Assembly (NCBI RefSeq): GCF_001194135.2
Contig: NC_068982.1
Coordinates: 110,624,360 to 110,688,359, forward strand
Source of the DNA: Octopus bimaculoides
Taxonomy: Eukaryota
Length of the DNA: 64,000 bases
Direction of reading: 5' to 3'
This document shows, piece by piece, positions 53,594 through 64,000 of the stretch (its first letter is position 1; each line of letters begins with the position of its first letter). The position numbers and the translations under genes were made by a program. The notes under the pieces are model-generated. The model saw only the letters and a program-made list of their open reading frames with translations. It was not told where the DNA came from and ran no database searches.

Positions 53594-55272
53594 AATGTTT
53601 ATATTCATATTTACACATTTAAATATGCATAAAAATCACTATATATGCAGAACACATGCACAAACACACACACATATACACACACATACATACACATACT
53701 CTCCTCCTTTCTCTCTCACACACATGTATATGTATATATGTTTATATGTATATATACTAACACAGAACTATCAAAATATGTGACATTTATTTCCATCTCT
53801 TTTCTGTAATCCTCAATATTTTTTACTTCAATCGCTGCACATTTGTTTTATTTCATTTTGTCTTGTTTTAATTATTTCACTTCATTTTATATTGTGTCTT
53901 GATTTTAATACTTCTGTTAGTTTTTTTTATTGTTTTGCAGCAGACCCTTTTCCCAGTTTATATCGAACATCGACCGCTTTTTCAGTTCTTCATCTCTTCC
54001 TCCTTTTCCAAGTTTAGTTGTTTTTCTGTGTCTGGAACTTTCTCTGTCAGTTCGACTTTTAAATTAGCTGCTGTGTATTTAAATGGTCCTGCTTTCACTT
54101 CTTTACGTTTATAGTATCGATCTTCATTCTTCTGTATTATTCTCATTGGCAAACCCGCATATTTCATTATTTTGCTCTTCGTCTCTTTATGTTGAGTTCC
54201 CTATATTTTTTCTCTTAACCAAAATCTGCCTCCACCTTTCCACTTCATTTCCCAATGTCTCCCTCCACACATGTGAGTATCATATACAAGTATCGTTGTG
54301 GTTCTTCTTTTCTCTCACACTACATACTTGTTATTTTATCTTGTTACCTCTCTAATTCCTTTTTTATTATAGTCTTCAATCATTCGTATTTCCTTCTTTC
54401 TTAATCGTATTTAACTTTGAGCGCCAGAATCATACAGAAATCACTCACTCACTCACTCACTCACTCACTCACTCACTCACTCACTCACACATTTAATCTG
54501 TCTGTTTGTCTATCTGTATATCTATTTGTCCATCTGCCTGTCAATTTGCTTATGGTTGTCTCTAATATTGTGTGTTTATCTACAAAGGTGTTCAAGCAGT
54601 GAACATTTACTTGTCTTCGTGTTTTAAGCCTATCTAGAACTACATTTAATCAATATTCCATTCCCTTCTTTTAAGGCGTTAGGAAGTGATTTGAAAGAGA
54701 TATGACTGCTATTACTATCAAATCGATCTACCACATGGCTTGTTTCTAAAACTGTGTTTATGTATGTTGTATAAAAATGACGATGTACGTCTTCACTATA
54801 GCAAGTCTGATGATTGCCATAACTGTATGTAAAAGTATGAAAAAGTTCCCATATACACAAACAGCTTTCAATGAAATGCTACAAGGAAGTATTGAGCGTG
54901 TGGATCTAGAACTTTCTGTTTCGTTATTGGTATTCGTAGATACGTTAATTCTTTACTATGGCATATGGGTTATGCAAGTGTCATGTTGTAATGTAGTCAC
55001 AGGCTGACTAATGTCATGTTGGTGGAATTTAGCTGATGTAATCTACGAGGAAGCTCGTTGTGCGTGTGTGCGTGTGTGTGTGTTTGTAAGTGTTTTTCCA
55101 AATAACATTGCTCTTCATGTTGGATACCCCGATGAAGCTGTAGGATGATACACAAGCATTCAATTATTAGTGCATTGCATCTTATAGGAGAAACAACTGT
55201 AAGCTAATGATATTCATGTCATAATTTCTAATTCCTTTGTCATTCTAATTTTATATATGTATGTATCTATAT

Positions 55273-55349
<77 letters not shown>

Positions 55350-56327
55350 ATGTATGAATATGTCGATATGCATGTATGTAATGTGTGTATGTATGCGTGT
55401 ATGTATGTGCGTGCGTGAGTTTATGTAAATGCATTTGAGTTGTACTTCCCTCTATGTTAAAGAGTAACTTAGTTATTTGATAAATAAAAATCCATAAAAT
55501 ATGTTTCAGACTGAAATAATTACTGGGTCGATATCATCGACTAAGATACTTCAAGGTTGTGCCCCAACATGGCCGCAGCCCAATGAGTGAAACCAGGAAA
55601 AGGACAAACCGATCCATAATACGTTTCCTGAAGGATTTCATAACAAACTACGTTAAGTGAATGTAGGTTTGCATCAATGAAACTAAGTCATCCGGTCATA
55701 TTTATAACTCCCGACGTATCATCTATACAAACTATCCGAAGGTAACCAGTGCTGTGGCTTAGTCAGCTTCTCCTAAGTAGTTCTGTCCAATTAATACTCA
55801 ATATTCTTTGTAGATAATACGTAGTTAAGGATGAGTCAATTTCTAAAAAAAGTATACATGAATGAAAAGTTATACAACATGCACGTACCGCATCGGGACA
55901 GAGTTAGAGGTACACATAACTTCAATGACAATGGAATATTTAAAATGGAATATTTAAAATTAAAACGCAACGAAAGAACATCCTTGAATATTTATGTATT
56001 TATACATATTCGAATTAGTTTCTTTTGTTTATTGATTATCAAACAGTACAAAATGACTTCAAGCCAATGCATTCGAATAAACAGTTTTACATAATACACA
56101 AATGTATACATGTGTATTATGACGATATACAAATTATCACAAACAATTATACCCGAAGTGTCTTTTTTTTAAATAAATATTCCATTGGTAATAATTGTGA
56201 ACTAAATTTATTTTAGCCTAATATTTGAGAGATATGGGATGTCATCACATTTCACATTCGCTACATGATTGACAATGAAATAAATTATTTTCCATTTCAG
56301 ATGGAGAATTCACATAAAAATACTTAC

Positions 56328-56651
56328 TGGCATAAGAACCCTCAGTCAGACCGTCATCTGACCGGTCATCAGCACTTAAAGAGCTATCCGGGTCACCATT
56401 ACGTTTCATTTGTCTAAAGTAAGGACTCCAGCGCTGCCTACCAGCATCTTTCTTTAACCGCTTCTCCTTCGCCCGTCGGTTCTGGAACCAAACCTGTACC
56501 ACCCTCATGTCCAGACCTGTTTCAACGCTTAGCTGTTCCCGAACATGACGTGCGGGTTTCGGACTTTCGTTGTAGGCCCTCTTCAGGGCTTCCAGCTGTT
56601 TGGCCGTGATGGTCGTTCGAGGTCGTTTGTTTCCTCCGTCCAGGTCGTATT
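56328..56651 (-). CDS. Lhx3/4: Lhx3/4 (Lim3) LIM-homeobox gene, homeodomain exon
   Basis: Acceptor TTTTTATAG (AG at 56653-56652) and donor GTAAGT at 56327; 324 bp, phase 1/1. Encodes [68 protein letters not shown], the diagnostic Lhx3/4 homeodomain and DAGRQRW extension. Confidence 0.97.
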
Positions 56652-56986
56652 CTATAAAAAAAGAGAAACATAGCTAAATCACAAGAAACAAAAGAACCCA
56701 AAAGCAAAACAAAATAAAAGACAAAAATAAAAACAGACAACATTTATATGCAAGAACTGAAAACCATTAAAATAGCACTATTAATGTTAACTACAACAAC
56801 ATTCGCTGTTGTAATTAATAACAGTCATTAATACTATATCTTTAAATATGGTATATAAGAAGGTAGATAGAAGACAATAGTTCATGAAGTCAGTGAACAT
56901 TTCAGAATGAAGAGATCACTGATATAGTTCACTCGATGTGTTCAGTTCTGCACCACCAGCAACTGTTAGAATAACACACACACACG

Positions 56987-57061
<75 letters not shown>

Positions 57062-57709
57062 ATATTTAATATATATATATATTTATATGTATGTATATTA
57101 CAAAAATGACCCGAGTGAAATAACTCCGAGTGACCAGTGGCATGTACAGTTTATGAACAGCACATACAAATAAAGGTATACCAAATACCATACAACATAG
57201 ATTTTCGATTTATTAAGATTACCTCACCCTGTGTAGGGTGTGTCACAATGACCAATATGGTAACGAGAAAGGGACATAATTTCAAGAATGAAGAATTCTC
57301 CGAAGTCGACAAGCCATTAAAGAAAAAGAAATAGGCTTATTGTCGGGAGATAAGTGAACAGTCGTAGACATGTGTTTCTTCTTCAATAAGAGCCACTAGC
57401 AAATTGTCCTATACTATCTCCAAAATCCAAGGGACACATACACATATGCAAGAAGAGTAGAATTTTCATAAATTAAACGAAAATGTGTTAGGAGAAATAT
57501 ATCATATACCCTCGACTTACAAAATATATTCATAAAGTTTATCTCTCCACGGCTGATAATATAGTACCTTGTAATATAATGTAACATAATATAATATATT
57601 ATATTACATTATATATATATTTGTGTATGTGTATATATGTATGTACGCATGTATACATACATACATATCTATATATATATACATATAAATACACACAAAC
57701 ATGTATAGC

Positions 57710-58089
57710 TTTTACTCTTTTATTCTTTTACTTGTTTCAGTAATTTGACTGTGGCCATGCTGGAGCACCGCCTTTAGTCGAACAAAGGGACCCACGGATT
57801 ATTCTTTGTAAGTCTAATACTTATTCTATCGGTCTCTCTACCGAACCTCTATGTTACGGGGACATAAACACACCAGCATCGGTTGTCAAGCGATGGTAGG
57901 AGGACAAACACAGACACAAAAACACATAAACACATATATATATATATATATACGACGGGCTTCTTTCACAAGGCTTTGGTCGGCCCGAGGCTATAGTAGA
58001 AGACACTTGCCTGAGGTGCCACGCAGTGTGACTGAACCCGGAACCATGTAGTTGGGAAGCAAGCTTCTTACTACACAGCCATGCCCGCA
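57710..58089 (-). mobile_element. SINE family A, near full length
   Basis: Reverse complement of head (GAGGTGCCACGCAGTGTGACTGAACCCGG), body and TTTTACTCTTTTATTCTTTTACTTGTTTCAGT tail. Confidence 0.92.
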
Positions 58090-58440
58090 TCTATATAATA
58101 AAAACAAACGTGTGTTTGCGCGCACGCGCGACTGTGTCTCTCTGTCTGTCCATCTATAGCATGAAAGGCTACGGCATCGATATAAAAACCAAAAGCTAAT
58201 TCTTGTGTAAAATTTTACGCCGAAGACAATGGAAGTGGTCGGGACTTTCTACCTGCCTCTCCATTTTTCAACATCTTGGACACACCGCAGATCCGAAATA
58301 AATCACCTGTCTAAGGGGATTATTTAAATGTGCATTATTATATTTCTTTCATTGGTTTTTCCGAAATAAATGACCTGTCTAAGGAAGACAACTAAATGTG
58401 CATTATATTTATTTCATTGGTTTTTATATTTATATATATA
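58090..58440 (+). mobile_element. Helitron-like non-autonomous 5' end with an internal ~66-bp tandem duplication
   Basis: A|TCTATATAATAAAAACAAACGTGTGTTTG start, resembling DINE-1/Lep1-type 5' ends. Direct repeat CCGAAATAAAT...CATTGGTTTTT at 58293-58360 and 58361-58425. Confidence 0.55.
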
Positions 58441-58442
58441 TA

Positions 58443-59010
58443 CTAGCAGAAACACCCGTCATTAACTGGGTTGAAAAAAGCTGCCAAAATTGTACTATGA
58501 ATATTGAAAGTTATTCACTTAGATTGTATTGAACATGGCCGGAAATGGAACTTTTGGTGGGGCATCATAGGAAGGTGAAATAGATGTTGTTTGAGTTAGT
58601 CAGCTGGCAGCACAGGAATCTGAAAGACATATAGGTGTTAAGGAATGGTCATCATAGTTATACTGATTTTATTATGGTTTTAGATGAAATTGTGAAGTTA
58701 CATATGGATGAAATTGTAGTTATACTGTAGATTCAAGTGGAACCTTGTTTGTGAAACAGAAGAGATTCCTGAAAACAACTACACAAGAGTGAAAGTAAAT
58801 TGAAAAGTTGCATGACGATGAAATTATAGCTATTATGTAGGTCTAAGTTAACTAAATTTGGTGCCTATTTAATCAAATGAAAAAGAAGCCCTTGGAAACA
58901 ACTAGACAAAGATGAAAGTAAATTGTAAGGCAACATAAGGAAAATTAGCTAAGTTTAAAATTCAGAATCAACTTTTTTCTGTCCTATAAAATAAGTAATA
59001 CTTCCTCTCT
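58443..59010 (-). mobile_element. Helitron-like element, 3' portion
   Basis: Ends ACCCAGTTAATGACGGGTGTTTCTGCTAG|T on the minus strand (imperfect hairpin plus CTAG). 58442-58811 is the reverse complement of 60151-60518. Confidence 0.65.
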
Positions 59011-59011
59011 A

Positions 59012-59525
59012 TCCTTTAAAAAGCAAAGGTTGTTTGTTTGTTTGTACGTTGACCGTTGAAAACACTAAATAAAATTGACATTATTTCAGGTTTTTTGTGT
59101 CATTTCAATTAAATTTGACCATTCCGCAGATAACTGTGCATTTATTTCCCGAAAACGGAATGGGGATGGGCGAGTCGGTGGTATTGTGTATTTGACCGTA
59201 TGCTTTTTACACAAACGGCATGCCTATACAAGAGTACTCCACCGAATTTGTTTCCTCATAACTTTAAGGAAAATGGGTATTTTTAAATAAAATTTTCTAT
59301 AGGTACCCTTGCAATGATGTAGATTCAACCTATATCGGAATTTGCTGTGAAAACTGTTTTTAGCTCCCATCAAAGCAGAATCGTTTGAGTTTTCCGAAAC
59401 TGGTCTCTCGACTCGAGGGAAATGTTTTTCACAACAAACTCCGATATTATTGGAATCCATCAACTTTCTTTTGTTCAGTAAAGTATGTAATACTTGTAGT
59501 GATATAAAGTAATAGAGCTTATTAC

Positions 59526-59556
<31 letters not shown>

Positions 59557-60517
59557 NNNNNNNNNNNNNNNNNNNNNNNNNNNNNNNNNNNNNNNNNNNN
59601 NNNNNNNNNNNNNNNNNNNNNNNNNNNNNNNNNNNNNNNNNNNNNNNNNNNNNNNNNNNNNNNNNNNNNNNNNNNNNNNNNNNNNNNNNNNNNNNNNNNN
59701 NNNNNNNNNNNNNNNNNNNNNNNNNNNNNNNNNNNNNNNNNNNNNNNNNNNNNNNNNNNNNNNNNNNNNNNNNNNNNNNNNNNNNNNNNNNNNNNNNNNN
59801 NNNNNNNCCCACACATTTCTTTATAATCGTAATGTATGCAGTTTAAAAAGATAATTGTACAAATTTTCATTAAAAAATACTCATTTTCCTCAAAGTTACG
59901 AGCGAAAAAGATTGGGGTCGTGTGAATTTTCCGAAACTCCTCTCGCCCCACCCTCGGAATAAGACTTTCGCATAAATCCGTGTATACTCTGAATGTACAG
60001 CATCTAAACGGGATTTGTTGAAAATTTCGTGAAAAAGTATCCATTTTTCTGGAAGTTATGCGGCAACACTGAATGGGGGGAAACATCTGTAATTATGCCT
60101 GAAAATCTGTTGTCACTCCCATCAAAACAGAATCGTTTGATCATTTTCAAGCAACTTCACATTTTACTTTCACTCTTCTGTAGTTGTTTTCATGAATCTC
60201 TTCTATTTCACAAACGAGGTTCCACTTGAATCTACAGTATAACTACAATTTCATCCATATGTAACTTCACAATTTCATCTAAAACCATAATAAAATCAGT
60301 ATAACTATGATGACCATTCCTTAACACTTATATGTCTTTCAGATTCCTGTGCTGCCAGCTGACTAACTCAAACAACATCTATTTCGGCTTCTACAATGCC
60401 ACACCAAAAGTTCCATTTCCGTCTATGTTCAATACGATCTAAGTGAATAACTTTCAATATTCATAGTACAATTTTGGCAGCTTTTTCAACCCATTCAATG
60501 ACGGGTGTTTCTGCTAG
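59012..60517 (+). mobile_element. Apparently complete non-autonomous Helitron-like element (A|TC ... CTAG|T)
   Basis: 5' A|TCCTTTAAAAAGCAAAGGTTGTTTGTTTG and 3' ACCC...GGGTGTTTCTGCTAG|T, consistent with insertion between A and T. Internal inverted motif at about 59254-59298 and 59860-59905. Continuity across the N-gap at 59557-59808 is assumed. Confidence 0.65.
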
Positions 60518-62126
60518 TATATATATATATAAAGCGTATGTGTGTGTATGTGTGTATCTGCGCGTTTATATGACTAATACAAATACTTAAAAACACAAGC
60601 TTAAATTATTTTTCTTTAAAATATCTGAAAAGTCTACGACTCAGCCGGACTCTATACATGGAAAAGTAACGAGTATATTTATACCAATGTAATACCTTAC
60701 ATTTATACAACAACATCAATACATTTCTAGTTTGCAAAATTACATATTGAGTAGTACAACTGGAACGTGATTATTCTTCAATTTAACTAAATTGTGTAGG
60801 CTGAAGATCGAAAGAAGAAACTGCCAGTAACTGCATCCAACTTGTACTTTTCAGTATATAAATATTTTACTCTAATTATGGCATCGAGTTTTCTCATTTT
60901 TGATGTTATGTCTGTACACTACACAATAAACGGTCAACCCCCCCCCCCCCCCCACTCACCCCCTCTCCGCTCGTGCTACAGAGAGTGAGAGAGAAAACAG
61001 CATGTTGTAAGTTGTAATACAAGGGAGAATTATAATTCAATAATGACAAGCTCTCAGACGATTGACTAAATGTGATAATGATTAAACTACAGAAAAATCA
61101 ACTTATCCCAAAATTAATTATGCAGATTTTTACTTGCACGAATACATTACATGATTCATATATGACCTGTTTAGCAGCTCAACATGCATAGAATTAGTTA
61201 AATCATAGCCAATATGTAATATTGTAATACATCCCATCTTTATTCAATACATTGACGAGATTTGAGTACATAATAAATAATGAAAGATATAAATAATAAA
61301 CGGTAACAAATAGTAAAAGGTATATTCAGTGTTCCATTGACTATTTACTCAATATTTTTCTCTAACAGTAACAAATAACTCGTTCACTTTATCAAGTAAA
61401 GATAAAACCCTCTGACAAAGGAATATTTTATCTGCTTCTTGAGAGCTCACTCACATCTGATCTGCTCATCTGATTCTTTATTGCAATCCTTGTATCAGTA
61501 CAAAATCCATCAAAATATTTAAAGCACTATTTCAGTTATAAAATTTGTTTCTGGCTTCAGGTTATGTACAAGAAAAGGTAATATGCTTCTGAGTACCTTG
61601 GTTAATCCCACTATCTTTCAATCTTATTGACTCAATTAATTACAAAACCTATGGGTGTTTTTTCTTTATTTGTTATTAAACATTCTAAGAATATTTATTT
61701 AATTTTAAGTCACTAATGTTTATAAGTTACCCGCTTTTAAAGATACGTTTCTGGTATTTCGAAATATCTCCTCAAACTTCCAACCAGAATAAGTTAGTTA
61801 AGAGGTGATCATACCATCGTTCCAAGAAAAATAACGAAAATTGGATTAGTTGAACTAAATTTAGTTTTAAGAAATAATCATCTGAGGTGATGTTCCTTGC
61901 ACTGTCTCATTATTTAAATTTAATCATAAAATGTACTTAAAAAATATATTTATCGATGTTATATTTTCCTACATTATCATCTTACGACTAATACTATCAA
62001 GACGAACTGCCAAAGTTTTCAAAGATAAGACATAAGTAACAAGGAAAAGATAAGTCCATTAAAATCTTGTACAAAATACGGAAAAATTTATTTCATCTTT
62101 ATGCCGATCCCACAAAGTTTATTTAA

Positions 62127-62350
62127 GGTTGGCGACTTGGTAGAAACGTTAAGACGCAAGATAAAATGCTTAGCAGTATTTTGTCGGTCTCTACGTTCTG
62201 AGTTCAAATTATGCCGAGGTCGACTTTGCCTTTGTTCTTTTCGGGGTTGATAGAATAAGTACGAGTTGAGCACTTGGGTTGATGTAATTGACTATCCCCC
62301 TCCACTAAGAAAAAAAACAGCCAGGCCTCGTGTTCATAGTAGAAAGGAAT
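62127..62350 (+). mobile_element. SINE family B
   Basis: GGCGACTTGGTAGAAACGTTAAGAC...GCCGAGGTCGACTTTGCCTTTG...GGGGTTGATAGAATAAGTAC. Confidence 0.85.
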
Positions 62351-62594
62351 AATTTAAAAATAATGATAGGAAATAATGATACGAAAAGCAGAATAAAATT
62401 TACTATAAAGATCGTTTTGACTGAGATTTTAAGGTTCGTCTGACAGATTATTCAACCAGTGTTATAAAATAATACATTTAACAACACTATTTCAGTTGAT
62501 CCAATAATCTATTACTAGTTTATTCCCAAGGAACCTACTACACGTCGAATAATATCCAAAGTAACAGGCTATTGGATTAGCACCTAAAATCTAT

Positions 62595-62640
<46 letters not shown>

Positions 62641-62648
62641 ACAGACAG

Positions 62649-62681
<33 letters not shown>

Positions 62682-62697
62682 GACAGACAGACAGACA

Positions 62698-62736
<39 letters not shown>

Positions 62737-62738
<2 letters not shown>

Positions 62739-63174
62739 GTGTAGTTGTATGGTAAGAAGCTTGCTTTCCAACCACATGGTTCCGAGTTTAGTTCGACTGC
62801 GTGGCACCTTAGGCAAATGTCTTCTACTATAGCCTCGGGCCGTCCAAAGCCTTGTGAGTAGACGGAAACTGAAAGAAACCCGTCGTATATATAGATATGT
62901 GTGTGTGTGTGTATGTGTGTGTGTTTGTTTCTGTATGTATGTGTGTGTCTGTTTGTGTCTGTATTTGTTCCAGACCCACTGCTTGACAAACGTTGTTGGT
63001 GTGTTTGCGTCTCCGTAAATTAGCGGTTGGGCAAAAGAGACCGATAGAGTAAGTACCAGACTTTAAAAAAAAGAATAAGTACTGGTCGATTCTCTCAACT
63101 AAAAATTCAAGGCAGTACCCCAGCATGGCCGCAGTCTAATGACTGAAACAAGTGAAAAGATAAAAAGAAAAAGA
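62737..63174 (+). mobile_element. SINE family A, full length (older copy)
   Basis: Head TGGTAAGAAGCTTGCTTTCCAACCACATGG...GTGGCACCTTAGGCAAATG, internal (TG)n, tail GACTGAAACAAGTGAAAAGA. Confidence 0.9.
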
Positions 63175-63592
63175 CATGTAGGAGTGGCTGTGTGGTAAGT
63201 AGCTTGCTTACCAACCACATGGTCCCGGGTTCAGTCCCACTGCGTGGCATCTTGGGCAAGTGTCTTCTACTATAGCCTCGGACCGACCAAAGCCTTGTGA
63301 GTGGATTTGGTAGACGGAAACTGAAAGAAGCCCGTCTTATATATGTATATATATATATGTATGTGTGTGTGTGTTTGTGTGTCTGTGTTTGTCCCCCCAA
63401 CATCGCTTGACAACCGATGCTGGTGTGTCTATGTCCCCGTAACTTAGCGGTTCGGCAAAAGAGACCGATAGAATAAGTACTAGGCTTCCAAAGAACAAGT
63501 CCTGGGGTCGATTTGCTCGACTAAAGGTGGTGCTCCAGCATGGCCACAGTCAAAAGACTGAAACAAGTAAAAGAGTAAAAGAGTAAAGAGTA
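63175..63592 (+). mobile_element. SINE family A, full length (young copy), in tandem with the previous one
   Basis: A-box-like TGGCTGTGTGG, B-box-like GGTTCAGTCCC, CORE-like CTTGGGCAAGT, (GAGTAAAA)n tail. Confidence 0.93.
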
Positions 63593-63629
63593 TATATATA
63601 TATATAGTAAATAAAAAAAAAACGAAGAC

Positions 63630-63810
63630 CAAACAAAAGAAAAAAACAACAACACGAGGACAGCGTACATGCAAAGTATTAACGGACACTCAGGGAAGGA
63701 AAGAAAGGTGGTTTTACGTTTCGAGCAAAGCTCTTCTTCAGAAACAGGAGGCGGAGGAAAGTCCAAAAGAAAAGGAAGATGGAGGAAAAAAATCGCCAAC
63801 GATTCACAGC
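63630..63810 (-). mobile_element. Probable Penelope-like pseudo-LTR / retrozyme-like fragment carrying the hammerhead
   Basis: Pyrimidine-rich minus-strand flanks around the hammerhead motif. The PLE association is inferred from the known link between minimal hammerheads and PLEs. Confidence 0.5.
63711..63745 (-). ncRNA. Minimal type-I hammerhead ribozyme motif (variant core, palindromic stem III)
   Basis: Minus strand GUUU-CUGAAGA-A-GAGC(UUU)GCUC-GAA-AC|GU-A^AAAC. Stem I GUUU/AAAC, stem II GAGC/GCUC, loop-less ACGU stem III, GUA cleavage triplet (cut between 63715 and 63714). One extra A follows A9. Confidence 0.75.
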
Positions 63811-64000
63811 CGTTTGGCATCTATTTCTAGCATGTGGCGCTACTAATTAGTGCCCTTATTATAATTATATTCATATAAATATGTATTTTGTATTAATTGT
63901 TACCTATATGGTTTTATTACATGCTGGCTGCTTGATAAAATCATATAAAGATTTTATCCTTGATTATATATAAATATAAACTACTTCGACTAATATATTC

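Noticed and set aside
53899-54355. Charged 61-aa ORF (53982-54167, minus) as an extra Lhx3/4 exon
   Set aside because: It lies in a purine-rich intronic stretch with no convincing acceptor/donor pair and no recognisable motif. The two real exons already join in phase.
63540-63575. Hammerhead-like 3' half in the SINE A tail (hairpin followed by GAAACAAGUA)
   Set aside because: No CUGANGA core upstream of the hairpin in any copy.
56652-64000. LIM-domain exons of Lhx3/4
   Set aside because: I found no CxxC...HxxC frame with splice sites on the minus strand. They presumably lie beyond the window or in a gap.

Overview
AT-rich, microsatellite-laden eukaryotic genomic DNA with nine N-gaps. The repeat landscape suggests a coleoid cephalopod, probably Octopus (inference). 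The only host gene I can support is the 3' part of a minus-strand LIM-homeobox gene of the Lhx3/4 (Lim3) class: a homeodomain exon at 56328-56651 and a terminal coding exon at 50672-51063. I found no LIM-domain exons, so they probably lie beyond 64000. The remaining ~50 kb is non-coding and rich in transposons: at least four SINE-like families, three Tc1/mariner relics, RTE and Tx1/L1-like LINE fragments, three Penelope-like relics, Helitron-like elements and a stack of six R4/Dong LINE fragments separated by (TAA)n or other trinucleotide tracts. The most interesting observations are: (1) a minimal, dimer-type hammerhead ribozyme motif at 63711-63745, sense to the Lhx3/4 transcript; (2) the R4/Dong pile-up, apparently seeded by a SINE tail; (3) a 3' tail shared by a Tx1-like LINE and one SINE family; (4) nested inverted repeats in the presumed Lhx3/4 intron that could form long dsRNA; (5) a pair of diverged coding-like relics near 6.1 and 9.7 kb. 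Everything was read by eye; no database search or folding program was run. Most long ORFs in the supplied track are microsatellite or N-gap artefacts. Boundaries of old repeats are approximate.
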